Below, piece after piece: positions 37,641 to 51,010 of a stretch of 64,000 nt of DNA (position 1 is its first letter; the number at the start of each line of letters is the position of its first letter). Below the pieces are notes generated by a model. That model had not been told where the DNA came from. It made no database searches and saw only the letters and a program-made list of their open reading frames with translations. Source of the stretch: Thermanaeromonas sp. (GTDB lineage Bacteria; Bacillota; DSM-521; Neomoorellales; Neomoorellaceae); the NCBI RefSeq assembly GCF_021890735.1, contig NZ_JAKKUR010000004.1, positions 402-64,401 on the forward strand, read 5' to 3'. The position numbers were made by a program, and so were the translations under genes.

Positions 37641-37674
37641 AGCTAATCTTATAAATAAATAGGAGTGTGACCAA

Positions 37675-39057
37675 GTGGAACTCCTTACACCACGCCAGAT
37701 CGTTCAGGAGCTGGATAAATATATAGTAGGTCAAGAAGAAGCCAAAAAGTGCGTGGCTATAGCTTTGCGTAACAGGTACCGCAGGCAAAAACTACCTCCA
37801 GAACTTAAAGAAGAAGTCCTACCTAAAAACATTCTCATGATCGGTCCTACAGGGGTAGGTAAAACCGAGATAGCCCGGCGTTTAGCACGGTTGGTGGGGG
37901 CGCCCTTCCTTAAGGTGGAGGCCACCCGATTCACTGAAGTGGGGTATGTAGGCCGGGACGTAGAATCCATGGTACGCGAACTGGTGGAGAATGCGGTAAG
38001 GATGGTAAAGGCCGAAAAACAAGCGGCAGTAGAAAACGAAGCCTTAAAGCTTGCGGAAAAGAGACTGTTGGACCTTATCGTACCCCGAACTAGACGTAAG
38101 AGGGAAGGGCGGAACCCGTGGGAAGCCTTTTGGAGCGGGTTTATGGAAGGCGAGACAGATACAGAACTTGAAGATGACGAAGGGGATAAACGGGCAATAT
38201 TTTGGGAAAAGTTAAGAAGGAAAGAGTTGGAAGACATGATGGTGGAGATCGAAGTAGAGGAGACCACCATGCCGGGAGTGATGTTCGGTACTTTAGGCCT
38301 AGAGGAATTGGGGCTTAATCTTCAAGATATGCTGAGTAACATATTTCCGCGGCGCAAGCGCAAAAGAAGGGTAACGGTAGCCGAAGCACGTAAGATATTG
38401 GCCCAGGAAGAGGCCGAAAAGCTTATAGATATGGACGAGGTGGCCAGAGAAGCTGTACAAAGGGTAGAACAAAATGGTATCATATTTATCGACGAAATCG
38501 ATAAAATTGCGGCAAGAAACGGCGGAGTAGGGCCTGATGTTTCCCGGGAAGGGGTACAAAGAGACATATTACCTATAGTAGAGGGAACTACCGTTCAGAC
38601 CAAGTACGGTCCGGTGAAAACCGACCATATATTGTTCATCGCAGCGGGTGCTTTTCATATAGCCAAGCCTTCAGATCTGATTCCTGAGCTCCAAGGACGG
38701 TTTCCTATAAGGGTGGAACTTAAAAGTCTTACACGCGAAGACTTTCAAAGGATCTTGACAGAGCCTCAAAATTCTTTACTTCGCCAGTACAAGGCATTGC
38801 TAGCTACCGAAGGTTTAGAAATTGAATTTACAGGAGATGCTATTGCGGAAATTGCCGATATTGCTTATACTGTAAATACTCAGGGAGAAGACATCGGCGC
38901 TCGCCGTCTCCATACTATTATGGAAAAAGTACTGCAGGATCTCTTATTTTTAGCTCCTGAGATGGAGAATACCCGCGTGGTCATCGACCGGAATTACGTG
39001 CGGGAAAAGCTGGGAGATGTGCTTCAAAAGACCGATCTTCGGGCGTATATCTTGTAA
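37675..39057 (+). CDS. hslU: ATP-dependent protease ATPase HslU (ClpY)
   Basis: [40 protein letters not shown]. Confidence 0.97.
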   Translation: MELLTPRQIVQELDKYIVGQEEAKKCVAIALRNRYRRQKLPPELKEEVLPKNILMIGPTGVGKTEIARRLARLVGAPFLKVEATRFTEVGYVGRDVESMVRELVENAVRMVKAEKQAAVENEALKLAEKRLLDLIVPRTRRKREGRNPWEAFWSGFMEGETDTELEDDEGDKRAIFWEKLRRKELEDMMVEIEVEETTMPGVMFGTLGLEELGLNLQDMLSNIFPRRKRKRRVTVAEARKILAQEEAEKLIDMDEVAREAVQRVEQNGIIFIDEIDKIAARNGGVGPDVSREGVQRDILPIVEGTTVQTKYGPVKTDHILFIAAGAFHIAKPSDLIPELQGRFPIRVELKSLTREDFQRILTEPQNSLLRQYKALLATEGLEIEFTGDAIAEIADIAYTVNTQGEDIGARRLHTIMEKVLQDLLFLAPEMENTRVVIDRNYVREKLGDVLQKTDLRAYIL

Positions 39058-39084
39058 AAACCTTTAGGAAGGGAGGAAAATGCT

Positions 39085-39873
39085 TTGCAGACCTTGTTAG
39101 AAAAAACCCGGACCATAAATCGGCTTCTTCAAAGGACGGCAGGCAATCCCGTGGATTTTCAGGAGATGGCTGGTGTACTCCGGGATGTCCTGGAGGCCAA
39201 TACCTATATAGTTGGTCGCCATGGGCGCGTCCTGGGATATGCTTTTGTAGAGGGTTTCACTTGTGAGATTATGGAGGAGATTGTCTTCCAATCAGAACGG
39301 TTCCCTGAGAAATATAACGAACAGCTCCTCCGTATTGACGAAACCCAGGCCAACTTCTGTCAAGTAGGGAATGCCTGTGTGTTTGACCCCGAAAAACGGT
39401 GTGTATTCAGCAACAAATTGACCACTGTGGTACCCATAGTCAGCGGTGGCCAGCGCCTGGGTTCCCTGGTGCTGTCCAAGTTTAACATCCGGTTTACAGA
39501 TGAAGACCTGATCCTTGCAGAATACGGGGCTACAGTGGTCGGCATGGAGATCCTGCGGTCGAAATCCGAAAAAATCGAAGAGGAGGCGCGTAAGCGGGCG
39601 GCGGTGCAGGTGGCTCTGGCTACCTTATCCTACTCAGAATTGGAAGCCGTGGAGCACATTTTTGCTGAGCTCGACGGCGACGAAGGAATATTGGTAGCCA
39701 GCAAGATAGCCGACAGGGCGGGTATTACCCGCTCAGTTATCGTCAACGCCTTAAGGAAGTTTGAAAGCGCCGGTGTCATAGAATCCAAGTCTCTGGGTAT
39801 GAAGGGGACCTATATCCGCGTGTTAAATGACAACCTCCTTGAAGAACTTCAGAAGCTCCGGAGCAGGGCTTAG
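39085..39873 (+). CDS. codY: Global regulator CodY
   Basis: [60 protein letters not shown]. Confidence 0.97.
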   Translation: MQTLLEKTRTINRLLQRTAGNPVDFQEMAGVLRDVLEANTYIVGRHGRVLGYAFVEGFTCEIMEEIVFQSERFPEKYNEQLLRIDETQANFCQVGNACVFDPEKRCVFSNKLTTVVPIVSGGQRLGSLVLSKFNIRFTDEDLILAEYGATVVGMEILRSKSEKIEEEARKRAAVQVALATLSYSELEAVEHIFAELDGDEGILVASKIADRAGITRSVIVNALRKFESAGVIESKSLGMKGTYIRVLNDNLLEELQKLRSRA

Positions 39874-39882
39874 AAGTTTTAA

Positions 39883-39920
39883 GGCCAGGGAGAAAGAAAT
39901 TTACCCCTGGCCCTATTTTA
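39883..39920 (+). terminator. Probable terminator after codY
   Basis: Stem GGCCAGGG/CCCTGGCC followed by CTATTTTA. Confidence 0.55.
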
Positions 39921-39932
39921 TTGCTCTTAAAC

Positions 39933-39961
39933 TTGCGGGAAGGTAAACTTTGTGCTATACT
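39933..39961 (+). promoter_or_regulatory. sigmaA promoter of rpsB-tsf
   Basis: TTGCGG-17 nt-TATACT with extended TG. Confidence 0.75.
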
Positions 39962-39978
39962 TTCGCTGGTGTGCCATT

Positions 39979-40054
39979 ACACACGCGGCCTGACCTGCAG
40001 GACGGTGCCTTTTTACGGGTCTCCTGCAAGGATGAGGGAGCGGAGGAAAAAACC
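39979..40054 (+). ncRNA. rpsB 5' leader RNA (S2 leader / t44-like)
   Basis: ACACACG...GGTGCC...GCGGAGG...AACC landmarks typical of rpsB leaders, with an internal CTGCAGGA/TCCTGCA stem. Confidence 0.7.
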
Positions 40055-40073
40055 GTAGGGGAGGTATCCTTAA

Positions 40074-40784
40074 ATGGCTGTCGTTTCCATGAAACAGTTA
40101 TTGGAGGCAGGGGTTCATTTCGGACATCAGACTAGGCGCTGGAACCCTAAGATGGCCCCTTATATTTTTACCGAGCGGAACGGTATTTACATTATCGATC
40201 TCCAGCGCACGGTTAAGAAATTAGAGGAGGCCTATAACTTTGTCCGGGATGTAGCCAAAGAAGGCGGCAAGATACTCTTTGTAGGCACGAAGAAACAGGC
40301 TCAAGAGACCGTTAAAGAAGAAGCTGAACGCTGTGGTATGTTTTACGTTAATGTACGCTGGTTGGGCGGAACCCTCACCAATTTTCAGACCATCCGCCGG
40401 CGTATTGAACGCTTAAAAGAACTGGAACAGATGGAGGAAGAAGGAACGCTAGAGCTCCTTCCTAAGAAGGAAGTCATGGCTTTAAGGAAGGAGAAGGAGA
40501 AGCTTGAGCGCTTTCTGGGTGGCATTAAAAACATGAAGCAATTGCCGGACGCTCTATTTGTAGTGGACCCACGAAAAGAACGTATTGCAGTAGCGGAGGC
40601 CCGCCGTTTGGGTATTCCCATTGTCGCCATTGTGGATACCAATTGCGATCCCGATGAGATAGATTATGTAATTCCAGGTAATGATGACGCCATCAGGGCG
40701 GTTAAGCTAATAACTAGTAAAATTGCTGATGCGGTTTTGGAAGGATTGCAGGGCGAAGACCAGCCCGAGGCTGTAGGCGAGTAA
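40074..40784 (+). CDS. rpsB: 30S ribosomal protein S2
   Basis: [22 protein letters not shown]. Confidence 0.99.
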   Translation: MAVVSMKQLLEAGVHFGHQTRRWNPKMAPYIFTERNGIYIIDLQRTVKKLEEAYNFVRDVAKEGGKILFVGTKKQAQETVKEEAERCGMFYVNVRWLGGTLTNFQTIRRRIERLKELEQMEEEGTLELLPKKEVMALRKEKEKLERFLGGIKNMKQLPDALFVVDPRKERIAVAEARRLGIPIVAIVDTNCDPDEIDYVIPGNDDAIRAVKLITSKIADAVLEGLQGEDQPEAVGE

Positions 40785-40798
40785 AGGGGGAACTGTGG

Positions 40799-41407
40799 AT
40801 GGTTTCGGCTGAAGTTATAAAAGAGCTGCGTAACCGCACCGGAGCCGGAATGATGGATTGTAAGCGGGCTTTAGAAGAAACTGGCGGTGATATAGAAAGG
40901 GCTATTGAAGTATTACGCATGAAGGGCTTGGCTGCAGCTGCTAAAAAGGCAGGACGGGTGGCCAAGGAAGGTCTGGTGCATGCTTACATCCATGGCGGTG
41001 GCAGGATAGGGGTGCTTATCGAGGTAAATTGCGAGACAGACTTTGTAGCTAGAACAGAGGAATTTCGGGATTTGGTTCATAACTTGGCTATGCAGGTGGC
41101 TGCCTCCCGGCCGGAGTATATAAAGAGGGAAGATGTTCCGGAAGAGGTACTAGAAAGAGAAAAAAGCATCCTTCGAGCTCAAGCCCTTAACGAGGGTAAG
41201 CCCGAGAAGGTTGTAGAAAAGATTGTATCGGGCCGCTTGGAAAAGTTCTTCCAAGAAAGTTGCTTGTTGGAGCAACCTTATATAAAAGATCCGGACCGTA
41301 AAGTCAAAGACCTTATCGCGGAAAAGATCGCCAAGTTAGGGGAAAATATCGAGGTGCGTCGTTTTGTCCGGTTTGAAGTAGGTGAGGCTGTTGACCAACA
41401 GACTTGA
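40799..41407 (+). CDS. tsf: Elongation factor Ts (short form)
   Basis: [29 protein letters not shown]. Confidence 0.98.
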   Translation: MVSAEVIKELRNRTGAGMMDCKRALEETGGDIERAIEVLRMKGLAAAAKKAGRVAKEGLVHAYIHGGGRIGVLIEVNCETDFVARTEEFRDLVHNLAMQVAASRPEYIKREDVPEEVLEREKSILRAQALNEGKPEKVVEKIVSGRLEKFFQESCLLEQPYIKDPDRKVKDLIAEKIAKLGENIEVRRFVRFEVGEAVDQQT

Positions 41408-41434
41408 AAAAGAGCAGTGAGGTGCTCTTTTTTT
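41407..41434 (+). terminator. Intrinsic terminator after tsf
   Basis: AAAGAGCA-gtgagg-TGCTCTTT followed by a T-run. Confidence 0.8.
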
Positions 41435-41445
41435 CTTATGAGGCG

Positions 41446-42782
<1,337 letters not shown>

Positions 42783-42787
42783 AGGAG

Positions 42788-43184
<397 letters not shown>

Positions 43185-43191
43185 TGGCGCT

Positions 43192-43219
43192 GCCCCCTCC
43201 GCTGGAGGGGGTTTGTTTT
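43192..43219 (+). terminator. Intrinsic terminator after the ferredoxin gene
   Basis: CCCCCTCC-gct-GGAGGGGG followed by TTTGTTTT. Confidence 0.75.
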
Positions 43220-43250
43220 GTATATATTTTTATCAGGAGGGTCAAAAGGG

Positions 43251-44021
43251 TTGCCCGAGGTTTTTTTTCCCCGGCTGCAAAAATGTGGAGTACCTGTAAA
43301 ACCCGAACTTCCCCCACGCGAACTTTTGCCCCGACACCTGGCTATTATAATGGACGGTAACGGCCGTTGGGCAGTAAAACGGGGTTTACCCAGGGTAGTA
43401 GGCCACCGGGCAGGGGTAGAAACCTTGCGGGAGATAGTTAAAGCCTGCCTGGAATGGGGTATTGAGATCCTTACAGTTTATGCCTTCTCCACAGAGAATT
43501 GGAAAAGACCAAGAGAAGAAGTGGACACCTTAATGGAACTGTTGGTGGAATATCTACAAAAGGAGGCCGATGAACTCCATCGTCAAGGGGTAAAGATAGG
43601 TGCTATTGGCCGGCTTTATGAACTACCCGAAAAAGCCCAAAGGGAACTCATGCGAGCCAAGGAGCTAACGGCGAGGAATCGAAAACTTTTACTTAATTTA
43701 GCTTTAAACTACGGAGGAAGGGCAGAACTGGTAGATGCCTGCTGTGCAGTGGTTCGGGATGTACTCCGGGGGAAGCTTAGAGTTGAGGACATTGATGAAA
43801 GGGTTTTAAATAGTTACCTGTATACCGCTGGCCTTCCCGACCCTGATCTCCTCATCCGTACAGCAGGGGAAATGCGTTTCAGCAATTTTCTTTTGTGGCA
43901 GTCGGCTTATACTGAGCTTTGGGTTACCCCCGTACTTTGGCCAGACTTTCGCCGAGAGGATTTGTTAGCTGCCCTCCATGATTATGCCCGGAGGGAAAGA
44001 CGCTTCGGGGGGATAAAATAA
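43251..44021 (+). CDS. uppS: Undecaprenyl diphosphate synthase
   Basis: IIMDGNGRWA, YAFSTENWKR, LNYGGR, RFSNFLLWQ; TTG 43251 after AGGAGG. Confidence 0.96.
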   Translation: MPEVFFPRLQKCGVPVKPELPPRELLPRHLAIIMDGNGRWAVKRGLPRVVGHRAGVETLREIVKACLEWGIEILTVYAFSTENWKRPREEVDTLMELLVEYLQKEADELHRQGVKIGAIGRLYELPEKAQRELMRAKELTARNRKLLLNLALNYGGRAELVDACCAVVRDVLRGKLRVEDIDERVLNSYLYTAGLPDPDLLIRTAGEMRFSNFLLWQSAYTELWVTPVLWPDFRREDLLAALHDYARRERRFGGIK

Positions 44022-44025
44022 GGAA

Positions 44026-44808
44026 ATGCTCTGGGCAAGACTTCTTGTAGCGGTGGCAGGTATACCCCTCTTATTATGGGTTGCTTATTTAGGCAGTTTG
44101 TGGTTACTGGGAGCGGTGGGTATAATATCCCTTTTGGGGTTCAGGGAGTATTGCCATCTAGTTAGACGGTGGGGGTTGAAACCTCCTGTTTTACTAGGTT
44201 ATTTGGGAGTACTAACTACAGTAGCGGTTGTTTACTGGCAGAGGGAGTTTTCCCCTTATGTTACTTTTATTTTGCTTTGGATTTTTTTGGGCGGTTTTCT
44301 TCTACAGTTTCCCTACTATTCTTTGGCCGATATAGCGGTCACTTTCCTAGGTTGTTTGTATGTTAGTGGTTCCCTGGTTCATCTTTTCTTACTACGGGCT
44401 GGTTCAGGTGGAAGTTTCGGCCTTTTACTATACACCTTCGTTCTTACCTGGATTAGCGATACATCAGCGTATTTTATCGGACAGGGCTTAGGTTTTAGAA
44501 GATTGTGCCCAGTATTAAGCCCGCATAAAACTTGGGAAGGTGCTGTAGGAGCAGGATTCGTTACCTTGGTAGCCGGGGCTTTGCTGGGCTTTTACCTCTT
44601 TTCTTTAGAGTGGCGGGCTGTGGTAATAAGTCTTCTTGCAGCCCTAGCGGCCCAAGTAGGGGATCTGATAGAATCAGGGATGAAGCGTATGGCCCAGGTT
44701 AAGGACAGTGGCCATCTTTTGCCGGGACACGGTGGCATTTTAGACCGTTTTGACAGTATGATGCTGGTCGCGCCGGTGGTATACTATGTCTGGAAATTGT
44801 TGGGTTAA
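44026..44808 (+). CDS. cdsA: Phosphatidate cytidylyltransferase
   Basis: SDTSAY, SPHKTWEG, GDLIESGMKR, KDSG.LLPGHGGILDRFDS. Confidence 0.95.
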   Translation: MLWARLLVAVAGIPLLLWVAYLGSLWLLGAVGIISLLGFREYCHLVRRWGLKPPVLLGYLGVLTTVAVVYWQREFSPYVTFILLWIFLGGFLLQFPYYSLADIAVTFLGCLYVSGSLVHLFLLRAGSGGSFGLLLYTFVLTWISDTSAYFIGQGLGFRRLCPVLSPHKTWEGAVGAGFVTLVAGALLGFYLFSLEWRAVVISLLAALAAQVGDLIESGMKRMAQVKDSGHLLPGHGGILDRFDSMMLVAPVVYYVWKLLG

Positions 44809-44830
44809 AGTTTAGGGGTGAGTAAAAGAA

Positions 44831-45919
44831 ATGCCCGAACGATTATCCCGGGCGTTACAAGGGTTGTTGGTACTCTTATTAGCATGTGTGGTGGCGTTTT
44901 TACTTTTGTACTACATTATTCCTGCCGTAGTAAGGATTATAAATGCCTTGCTACCTGTTGTATTGCCTTTTTTTGTGGCAGCTTTGCTGGCTGCCTTATT
45001 AGACCCGCTGGTTAATTTTATTCAAACTCATACAAGGGTTAACCGGACAGCCGCCGTATTGGTTACTATGTTTTTATTCTTAGGGTTGGCTTCTTGGGGG
45101 CTTTTTTATCTTATTTCCAACCTTATCATAGAGCTAGAGGGTCTAGTAGCTAGCCTACCAACCCAAGCTAGGCGGTTAGGAATTTTACTACAGGAAATCT
45201 TTCAGCGGCTTCAGGCCTTTTACTTTTCCGGAGCCCTTCCACCAGACTTTTTGAGCTCCCTTCAAAATCTCCTTGATACGGCTATGGTGGCCTTGAAGGG
45301 TTTGCTTACTTCCGTAATGCAGGTCTTAATAAATTTTTTGAGTTCCTTGCCCGAGCTTTTTATAGTAGTTATTATAACTTTAGTAGCCACTTTTTTCTTT
45401 AGCCGGGATAAAGAAGCCATAATAGGTACTCTTTACCGGTTTTTACCCCTAGGTTGGGCTAAGAATATGGAAAATATTGTCTCCTCTGTCGGTAGAGCCA
45501 TCATCGGTGTTTTACGGGCGGAGATTCTTTTGATAAGCTTGCAGATCACCCAGACCGTAATAGGACTGTTGATGTTGAATGTAGATTATGCCTTAACTTT
45601 AGCTTTCTTGATCGGATTAGCAGATATTCTCCCCATCGTAGGACCGGGCACCATTTATATACCTTGGGCGGTTTGGGAGTTCATCCAAGGGAAATACGGA
45701 TTAGGTGTAGCTCTTCTGGTCCTATACAGTTTTATCATACTACTTCGCCAGATTTTACAGCCCAAACTGATAGCTGTAAATTTAGGGTTACATCCTTTAA
45801 CCGCCCTCATAGCTCTATATGCTGGGCTTAAGCTTTTAGGTATAGCAGGGCTTATTATAGGGCCGTTAACAGTAGTGGTGTTTAAGGCCTATATGGCTGC
45901 AGCTATGGGGAAGCGATGA
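44831..45919 (+). CDS. ytvI: Sporulation integral membrane protein YtvI (AI-2E family)
   Basis: PFFVAALLAALLDP, DILPIVGPG, RQILQPK; synteny between cdsA and dxr. Confidence 0.8.
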   Translation: MPERLSRALQGLLVLLLACVVAFLLLYYIIPAVVRIINALLPVVLPFFVAALLAALLDPLVNFIQTHTRVNRTAAVLVTMFLFLGLASWGLFYLISNLIIELEGLVASLPTQARRLGILLQEIFQRLQAFYFSGALPPDFLSSLQNLLDTAMVALKGLLTSVMQVLINFLSSLPELFIVVIITLVATFFFSRDKEAIIGTLYRFLPLGWAKNMENIVSSVGRAIIGVLRAEILLISLQITQTVIGLLMLNVDYALTLAFLIGLADILPIVGPGTIYIPWAVWEFIQGKYGLGVALLVLYSFIILLRQILQPKLIAVNLGLHPLTALIALYAGLKLLGIAGLIIGPLTVVVFKAYMAAAMGKR

Positions 45920-45943
45920 AAATAACGAGAAGGATGGGCTTAG

Positions 45944-47104
45944 ATGGGAAAGGGCATAGCTATCCTGGGTTCAACAGGTTGTATAGGACGCCAAGCCTTG
46001 CAGGTTATCGAAAGCTTAGGGGAACGTTTTCAGGTGTTAGCCTTAGCGGCAGGACGAAATATAGACCTGCTTGAAGAACAGGTCCGCCGTTATCATCCAC
46101 GCTTGGCAGTAGTCCTGGATGAAGATAAAGCGAGAAGGTTAAAGGAAAGGTTAAGCGGGTTGAGGGTAGAGGTGGCTGCTGGGGAAGCTGGGCTTATAAG
46201 GGCCGCTACTTTTCAGGGGGTTGACCTTGTATTTGCGGCTATGGTGGGTGTTAAAAGCTTGCCGGCGGTACTGGCTGCCATCCAGGAAGGGAAGAATATA
46301 GCTCTGGCTAATAAAGAAATTTTGGTAGCGGCGGGAACCCTGGTTATGGAAGAGGCCCGCAAACATGGAGTACATATAATTCCTGTGGATAGTGAACACT
46401 CGGCCATATTCCAGTGCCTCGGCCAGGGTGGTAAGGTTAAAAAGATTACTATAACCGCTTCCGGCGGCCCCTTTAGGGAATTATCCAGGGAAGAGATGGA
46501 TAAGGTTACTCCTGAAATGGCTTTAGCTCACCCCAACTGGAGGATGGGCCGTAGAATAAGTATAGATTCAGCTACTCTTATGAATAAAGGATTTGAGGTT
46601 ATTGAGGCCAGGCATCTTTTTGATTTAGATTATGAGCAAATTGAAGTATTGGTCCATCCGCAGAGCGTAATACACGGTTTGGTTACCTATGCGGACGGCA
46701 GCACCTTCGCCCACTTGAGCTACCCGGACATGCGCTTGCCTATCCAGTATGCCTTTACCTGGCCAGAAAGGCTGGATAATCCGGCTGTTCCCTTTTTAGA
46801 ACTTGCTACTTTGGGCCAGCTTACCTTTGAAAGGCCGGATGGGCAGCGTTTCCCCTGTTTGGGAATGGCTTTAGAGGCTGGCCGTCAAGGGGGGACGTTG
46901 CCGGCCGTACTAAATGCTGCAGATGAGGTGGCCGTGGAGTTATTCTTGCAAGGGAGGATAAAATTTACCGCTATACCTCGCTTAATTGAGGAAACCTTAG
47001 ATCGTCACGAGAAGGTAAAAGATCCTACTTTGGAGGATATTTGGGAGGCTGACGCCTGGGCTCGGCGCCAGGTGTGGTCCTTGGTAGAAGGCAAGAAGGG
47101 GTAG
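45944..47104 (+). CDS. dxr: 1-deoxy-D-xylulose-5-phosphate reductoisomerase
   Basis: ILGSTGCIG, LANKE, PVDSEHSA, SIDSATLMNKG. Confidence 0.97.
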   Translation: MGKGIAILGSTGCIGRQALQVIESLGERFQVLALAAGRNIDLLEEQVRRYHPRLAVVLDEDKARRLKERLSGLRVEVAAGEAGLIRAATFQGVDLVFAAMVGVKSLPAVLAAIQEGKNIALANKEILVAAGTLVMEEARKHGVHIIPVDSEHSAIFQCLGQGGKVKKITITASGGPFRELSREEMDKVTPEMALAHPNWRMGRRISIDSATLMNKGFEVIEARHLFDLDYEQIEVLVHPQSVIHGLVTYADGSTFAHLSYPDMRLPIQYAFTWPERLDNPAVPFLELATLGQLTFERPDGQRFPCLGMALEAGRQGGTLPAVLNAADEVAVELFLQGRIKFTAIPRLIEETLDRHEKVKDPTLEDIWEADAWARRQVWSLVEGKKG

Positions 47105-47111
47105 ATTAAAG

Positions 47112-48122
47112 GTGAGCATCCTTTGGTCTTTGCTGGTATTCAGCTTGCTCATTTTGGTACACGAGTTAGGCCATTTTCTCGTGGCTAAAAAGGTGGGCAT
47201 ACGGGTTGAAGAGTTTGCTTTAGGTATGGGACCGGTAATAGCCAAGGTTAAACGGGGAGAGACGGTCTATTCTCTAAGGGCCTTACCTTTAGGGGGATTT
47301 AATCGCATGGCTGGCATGGAGGAGAAGGATGTCGACGATCCCCGGGGATTTAACCGACAGCCTGTCCTGGCGCGTATGGCAGTTATCGCTGCCGGATCGG
47401 GCATGAATTTTTTGCTGGCGGTTTTCTTATTTATTTTTGTGTTTATGGTTATAGGTATTCCTGTAGATAAAAACATAGTGGGGCGAGTTGAACCCGGCCG
47501 ACCAGCTGCACTAGCGGGGATTAAGACGGGAGATAAGATAGTAAGCATAGATGGGGTAACCGTAAACTCCTGGTCGGATATAGTGCAGGAGATTTACCGG
47601 CGCCCAGAACAGGATATAGTTTTAGAAATAGAACGCCAAGGAGAACGTTTTAAAGTGGTGGTGCGGAGCGAGAAGGATCCTCAGTCCGGAGTGGGTCTCA
47701 TAGGTATAGGACCTTCTTGGGAACGGCAAGGTTTTTTTAAATCTATTCGGCTCGGCTTTTCTCAAGCCGTAGCGATTACAGGTATGATTGTAGTGAGCTT
47801 ATTGGAGATGGTTACCGGACGGGCGGCTCCGGAGATAGTGGGGCCAGTAGGCATCGTACAGCTGGTAAGCCAGGCTGCTTCTTTTGGATGGATTAACCTC
47901 CTCAGCTTCACGGCAGTTTTAAGCCTGGACTTGGGTTTAATAAACCTTCTACCCGTTCCGGCCCTGGACGGAAGCCGGTTAGTGTTCTTGATTTGGGAAG
48001 GGTTACGGGGACGACCTATTGACCCAGCGAAAGAAAACTTCATTCATTTGATTGGATTCGCTTTGCTTATGGGCTTGCTCTTGCTTATTACTTACCAGGA
48101 TCTAGTACGACTTCTGGGGTAA
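47112..48122 (+). CDS. rseP: RseP/RasP intramembrane metalloprotease
   Basis: HELGH, PDZ domain, NLLPVPALDG. Confidence 0.94.
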   Translation: MSILWSLLVFSLLILVHELGHFLVAKKVGIRVEEFALGMGPVIAKVKRGETVYSLRALPLGGFNRMAGMEEKDVDDPRGFNRQPVLARMAVIAAGSGMNFLLAVFLFIFVFMVIGIPVDKNIVGRVEPGRPAALAGIKTGDKIVSIDGVTVNSWSDIVQEIYRRPEQDIVLEIERQGERFKVVVRSEKDPQSGVGLIGIGPSWERQGFFKSIRLGFSQAVAITGMIVVSLLEMVTGRAAPEIVGPVGIVQLVSQAASFGWINLLSFTAVLSLDLGLINLLPVPALDGSRLVFLIWEGLRGRPIDPAKENFIHLIGFALLMGLLLLITYQDLVRLLG

Positions 48123-48138
48123 ACAGGGGCGGAAGAAA

Positions 48139-49227
48139 ATGGGCGTTATTCGGCGCAGGATTTCCAGAAGAATCTATGTAGGTTCGGTACCTATTGGAGG
48201 CGGAGCTCCCATTGCGGTCCAGTCTATGACTAATACCGACACCCGGGATGTAGATGCCACTGTAAACCAGATCCGGCGGCTAGAAGAGGCAGGTTGTGAA
48301 ATCGTACGGGTGGCTGTACCGGACCGCGAGGCTGCCCGGGCTATAAAAAAGATAAAAGAACAAATCCGGCTACCCCTCATTGCAGATATTCATTTTGATT
48401 ACCGGTTAGCCTTAGAAGCGCTGGACTCTGGTGTTGACGGCCTGCGGATAAATCCGGGCAATATCGGAGGACCTCAAGCCTTAAGGGCCGTAGCCCGGCG
48501 GGCCTCCGAGCTTGGGGTGCCCATCCGGGTGGGAGTTAATGCAGGCTCCCTAGACAAAAAGATAGTGGATGCCTATGGCGGTATTACACCTGAAGCAATG
48601 GTAGCCAGCGCTCTTGAGACTATTCGCCTTCTAGAAGACCAGGGTTTCCATGACCTTAAGGTTTCCCTTAAGGCCTCGGAAGTGCCGCTCATGGTGGAAG
48701 CTTACCGGTTGCTGGCGGAAAAGGTGGATTACCCTTTCCACCTGGGAGTAACCGAAGCCGGCCCGCCTCTGGTGGGGGCTGTTAAATCTGCTGTGGGTAT
48801 AGGGATTTTGTTAAACCAGGGCATAGGAGATACCATCCGGGTATCCTTGACGGGTGATCCTGTATTGGAGGTTGAGGTGGCTTATCACATCCTTCGCTCA
48901 TTAGGTTTGCGCCAGCGAGGGATCGAGCTTATATCTTGCCCTACTTGCGGGCGCTGCCAGATAGACCTGCAAAATTTGGTGGTGGAAGTAGAAAAGAAGA
49001 CGAAAAATCTACGCTATCCTTTGAAGGTGGCAGTGATGGGCTGTGCAGTAAACGGCCCAGGTGAAGCTAGCCAGGCCGATGTAGGTATAGCAGGGGGAAG
49101 GGGATGGGGCTTGCTCTTCCGAAAAGGCCACCCTATAAGGAGGGTTCCCGAGTCTCAGTTAGTCGATGCTCTTATGGAGGAAATAGACAAGATTACTCAA
49201 GAACGGGAGGGAGAAAATGCGCGCTAG
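48139..49227 (+). CDS. ispG: HMB-PP synthase IspG
   Basis: [38 protein letters not shown]. Confidence 0.97.
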   Translation: MGVIRRRISRRIYVGSVPIGGGAPIAVQSMTNTDTRDVDATVNQIRRLEEAGCEIVRVAVPDREAARAIKKIKEQIRLPLIADIHFDYRLALEALDSGVDGLRINPGNIGGPQALRAVARRASELGVPIRVGVNAGSLDKKIVDAYGGITPEAMVASALETIRLLEDQGFHDLKVSLKASEVPLMVEAYRLLAEKVDYPFHLGVTEAGPPLVGAVKSAVGIGILLNQGIGDTIRVSLTGDPVLEVEVAYHILRSLGLRQRGIELISCPTCGRCQIDLQNLVVEVEKKTKNLRYPLKVAVMGCAVNGPGEASQADVGIAGGRGWGLLFRKGHPIRRVPESQLVDALMEEIDKITQEREGENAR

Positions 49228-50950
49228 CCAACTTTTTGCTCCTACTTTGAAAGAAACACCGGCGGAGGCCGAAGTAATAAGTCACCAACTGCTTCTACGT
49301 GCAGGTTTTATAAGAAAAGCGGCTGCGGGGATTTATACTTTTCTCCCCCTAGGTTGGCGGGTACTAAAGAAAATTGAAAACATTGTACGGGAAGAGATGG
49401 ACCGGGCCGGAGCCCAGGAGCTCGTACTACCTATCCTTCAGCCTGCAGAAGTTTGGCAAGAGAGCGGGCGCTGGGAACTTTATGGAGAAGAAATGTTCCG
49501 ACTAAAAGACCGCCATGGTCGCTCCTTTTGTTTGGGCCCCACCCATGAGGAGATAATTACGGCTCTGGTGCGTAACGAAGTTAATTCTTACAAGCAGCTA
49601 CCCCTTCTGCTTTACCAGATTCAAAACAAATACAGGGATGAGCGTCGCCCCCGTTTTGGCCTCTTGCGGGGTCGCGAATTCATAATGAAAGATCTTTACT
49701 CTTTTGACCGCGACGAAGCCGGGTTGGAGGAAAGCTATTGGAAGATGTATACTGCCTACTCGAATGTTTTTCGGCGTTGCGGATTAAAATTCCGGGCGGT
49801 GGAGGCGGATACAGGAGCCATCGGGGGTAATTTCAGCCACGAATTTATGGTGCTGGCCGATACAGGTGAGGCGCGGGTGGTCTTTTGTCCCTCCTGCGAT
49901 TATGCTGCTAATGTCGAAATAGCTCAGAGTGTCCCCCAGCCCTTGCATACTCCAGATGAACAGCTACCTCTTAAAAAAGTGTCCACTCCGGGAAAGCGTA
50001 CCGTAGAGGAGGTTTGTGCCTACCTCGGGGTTGTGCCTCAGCGGCTTATAAAAACCCTACTATATGAAGCCGATGGTCAACTGGTGGCTGCACTAGTGAG
50101 GGGCGACCGGGAATTAAACGAAATTAAATTGCAAAATGCTTTAGGATGCCAGAAGCTAAAGTTGGCCGAACCGGAACAAATTAGAAAAATCTTTGGAGTA
50201 AGCGTGGGTTATGTTGGGCCGGTGGGGTTGGAAGGCATCCCTATCTACGCCGACCTGGAGATCCCTTACTTGGTTAATGCGGTGGCCGGGGCTAACGCAG
50301 ACGATTACCACTGGGTGAATGTTAACCCCGGAAGGGATTTCCTACCGGCTAATGTGGTGGACTTGCGGGAAGTGAGGGTAGGGGAGCCATGCCCGCGGTG
50401 CGGGCACCCGCTAGAAGGCTGCCGGGGGATTGAGGTGGGGCAGATTTTTAAACTGGGGACCAAGTACAGCGAAGCTCTCAGAGCCACTTACGTAGATGAA
50501 AAAGGTAAGGAGCGTCCTATAGTCATGGGTTGCTACGGCATAGGAATAAGCCGGACCATGGCTGCAGCCGTAGAGCAGCATCATGACGAAAAGGGTATTA
50601 TATGGCCTGTGTCTATTGCGCCCTACCAGGTGGTAGTGATACCCGTCTCCGTTAAGGACCCTCTGCTAAGGGAGGAAGCGGAGCGACTTTATAAGGAACT
50701 TGAGGCGGAAGGCGTGGAAGCCGTCTTGGATGATAGAGATGAGAGGGCAGGGGTGAAGTTCGTGGAGGCCGATCTCATAGGTTACCCTTTGCGGCTTACC
50801 TTAGGTAATAGGACTTTATCCCAGGGAACAGTAGATTGGAAGTGGAGGAAAAATCAGGAGGAAGAAGCCGTTCCCAGGGAAGGCTTGGGACGGCGGGTGA
50901 AAGAGGCTATACAGAAATCCCTCGAGGAGCTAAATGCACCTGGCACTTAA
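49217..50950 (+). CDS. proS: Prolyl-tRNA synthetase (long form with editing domain)
   Basis: [23 protein letters not shown]. Confidence 0.98.
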   Translation: MRASQLFAPTLKETPAEAEVISHQLLLRAGFIRKAAAGIYTFLPLGWRVLKKIENIVREEMDRAGAQELVLPILQPAEVWQESGRWELYGEEMFRLKDRHGRSFCLGPTHEEIITALVRNEVNSYKQLPLLLYQIQNKYRDERRPRFGLLRGREFIMKDLYSFDRDEAGLEESYWKMYTAYSNVFRRCGLKFRAVEADTGAIGGNFSHEFMVLADTGEARVVFCPSCDYAANVEIAQSVPQPLHTPDEQLPLKKVSTPGKRTVEEVCAYLGVVPQRLIKTLLYEADGQLVAALVRGDRELNEIKLQNALGCQKLKLAEPEQIRKIFGVSVGYVGPVGLEGIPIYADLEIPYLVNAVAGANADDYHWVNVNPGRDFLPANVVDLREVRVGEPCPRCGHPLEGCRGIEVGQIFKLGTKYSEALRATYVDEKGKERPIVMGCYGIGISRTMAAAVEQHHDEKGIIWPVSIAPYQVVVIPVSVKDPLLREEAERLYKELEAEGVEAVLDDRDERAGVKFVEADLIGYPLRLTLGNRTLSQGTVDWKWRKNQEEEAVPREGLGRRVKEAIQKSLEELNAPGT

Positions 50951-51010
50951 GTTTAGAGCCTTGCTAGCAAGTATAGAGTGCTTTTCCGGGATGCTTTAGG
51001 GGGAAGTCTT

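Noticed and set aside
40799-41407. Truncated EF-Ts (202 aa)
   Set aside because: Short EF-Ts is a known normal form in Clostridia and thermophiles
50960-50971. 12-bp palindrome CTTGCTAGCAAG, similar to ACTTGTAGCAAGT near 18504
   Set aside because: Short, with different spacing in the two copies; compatible with chance
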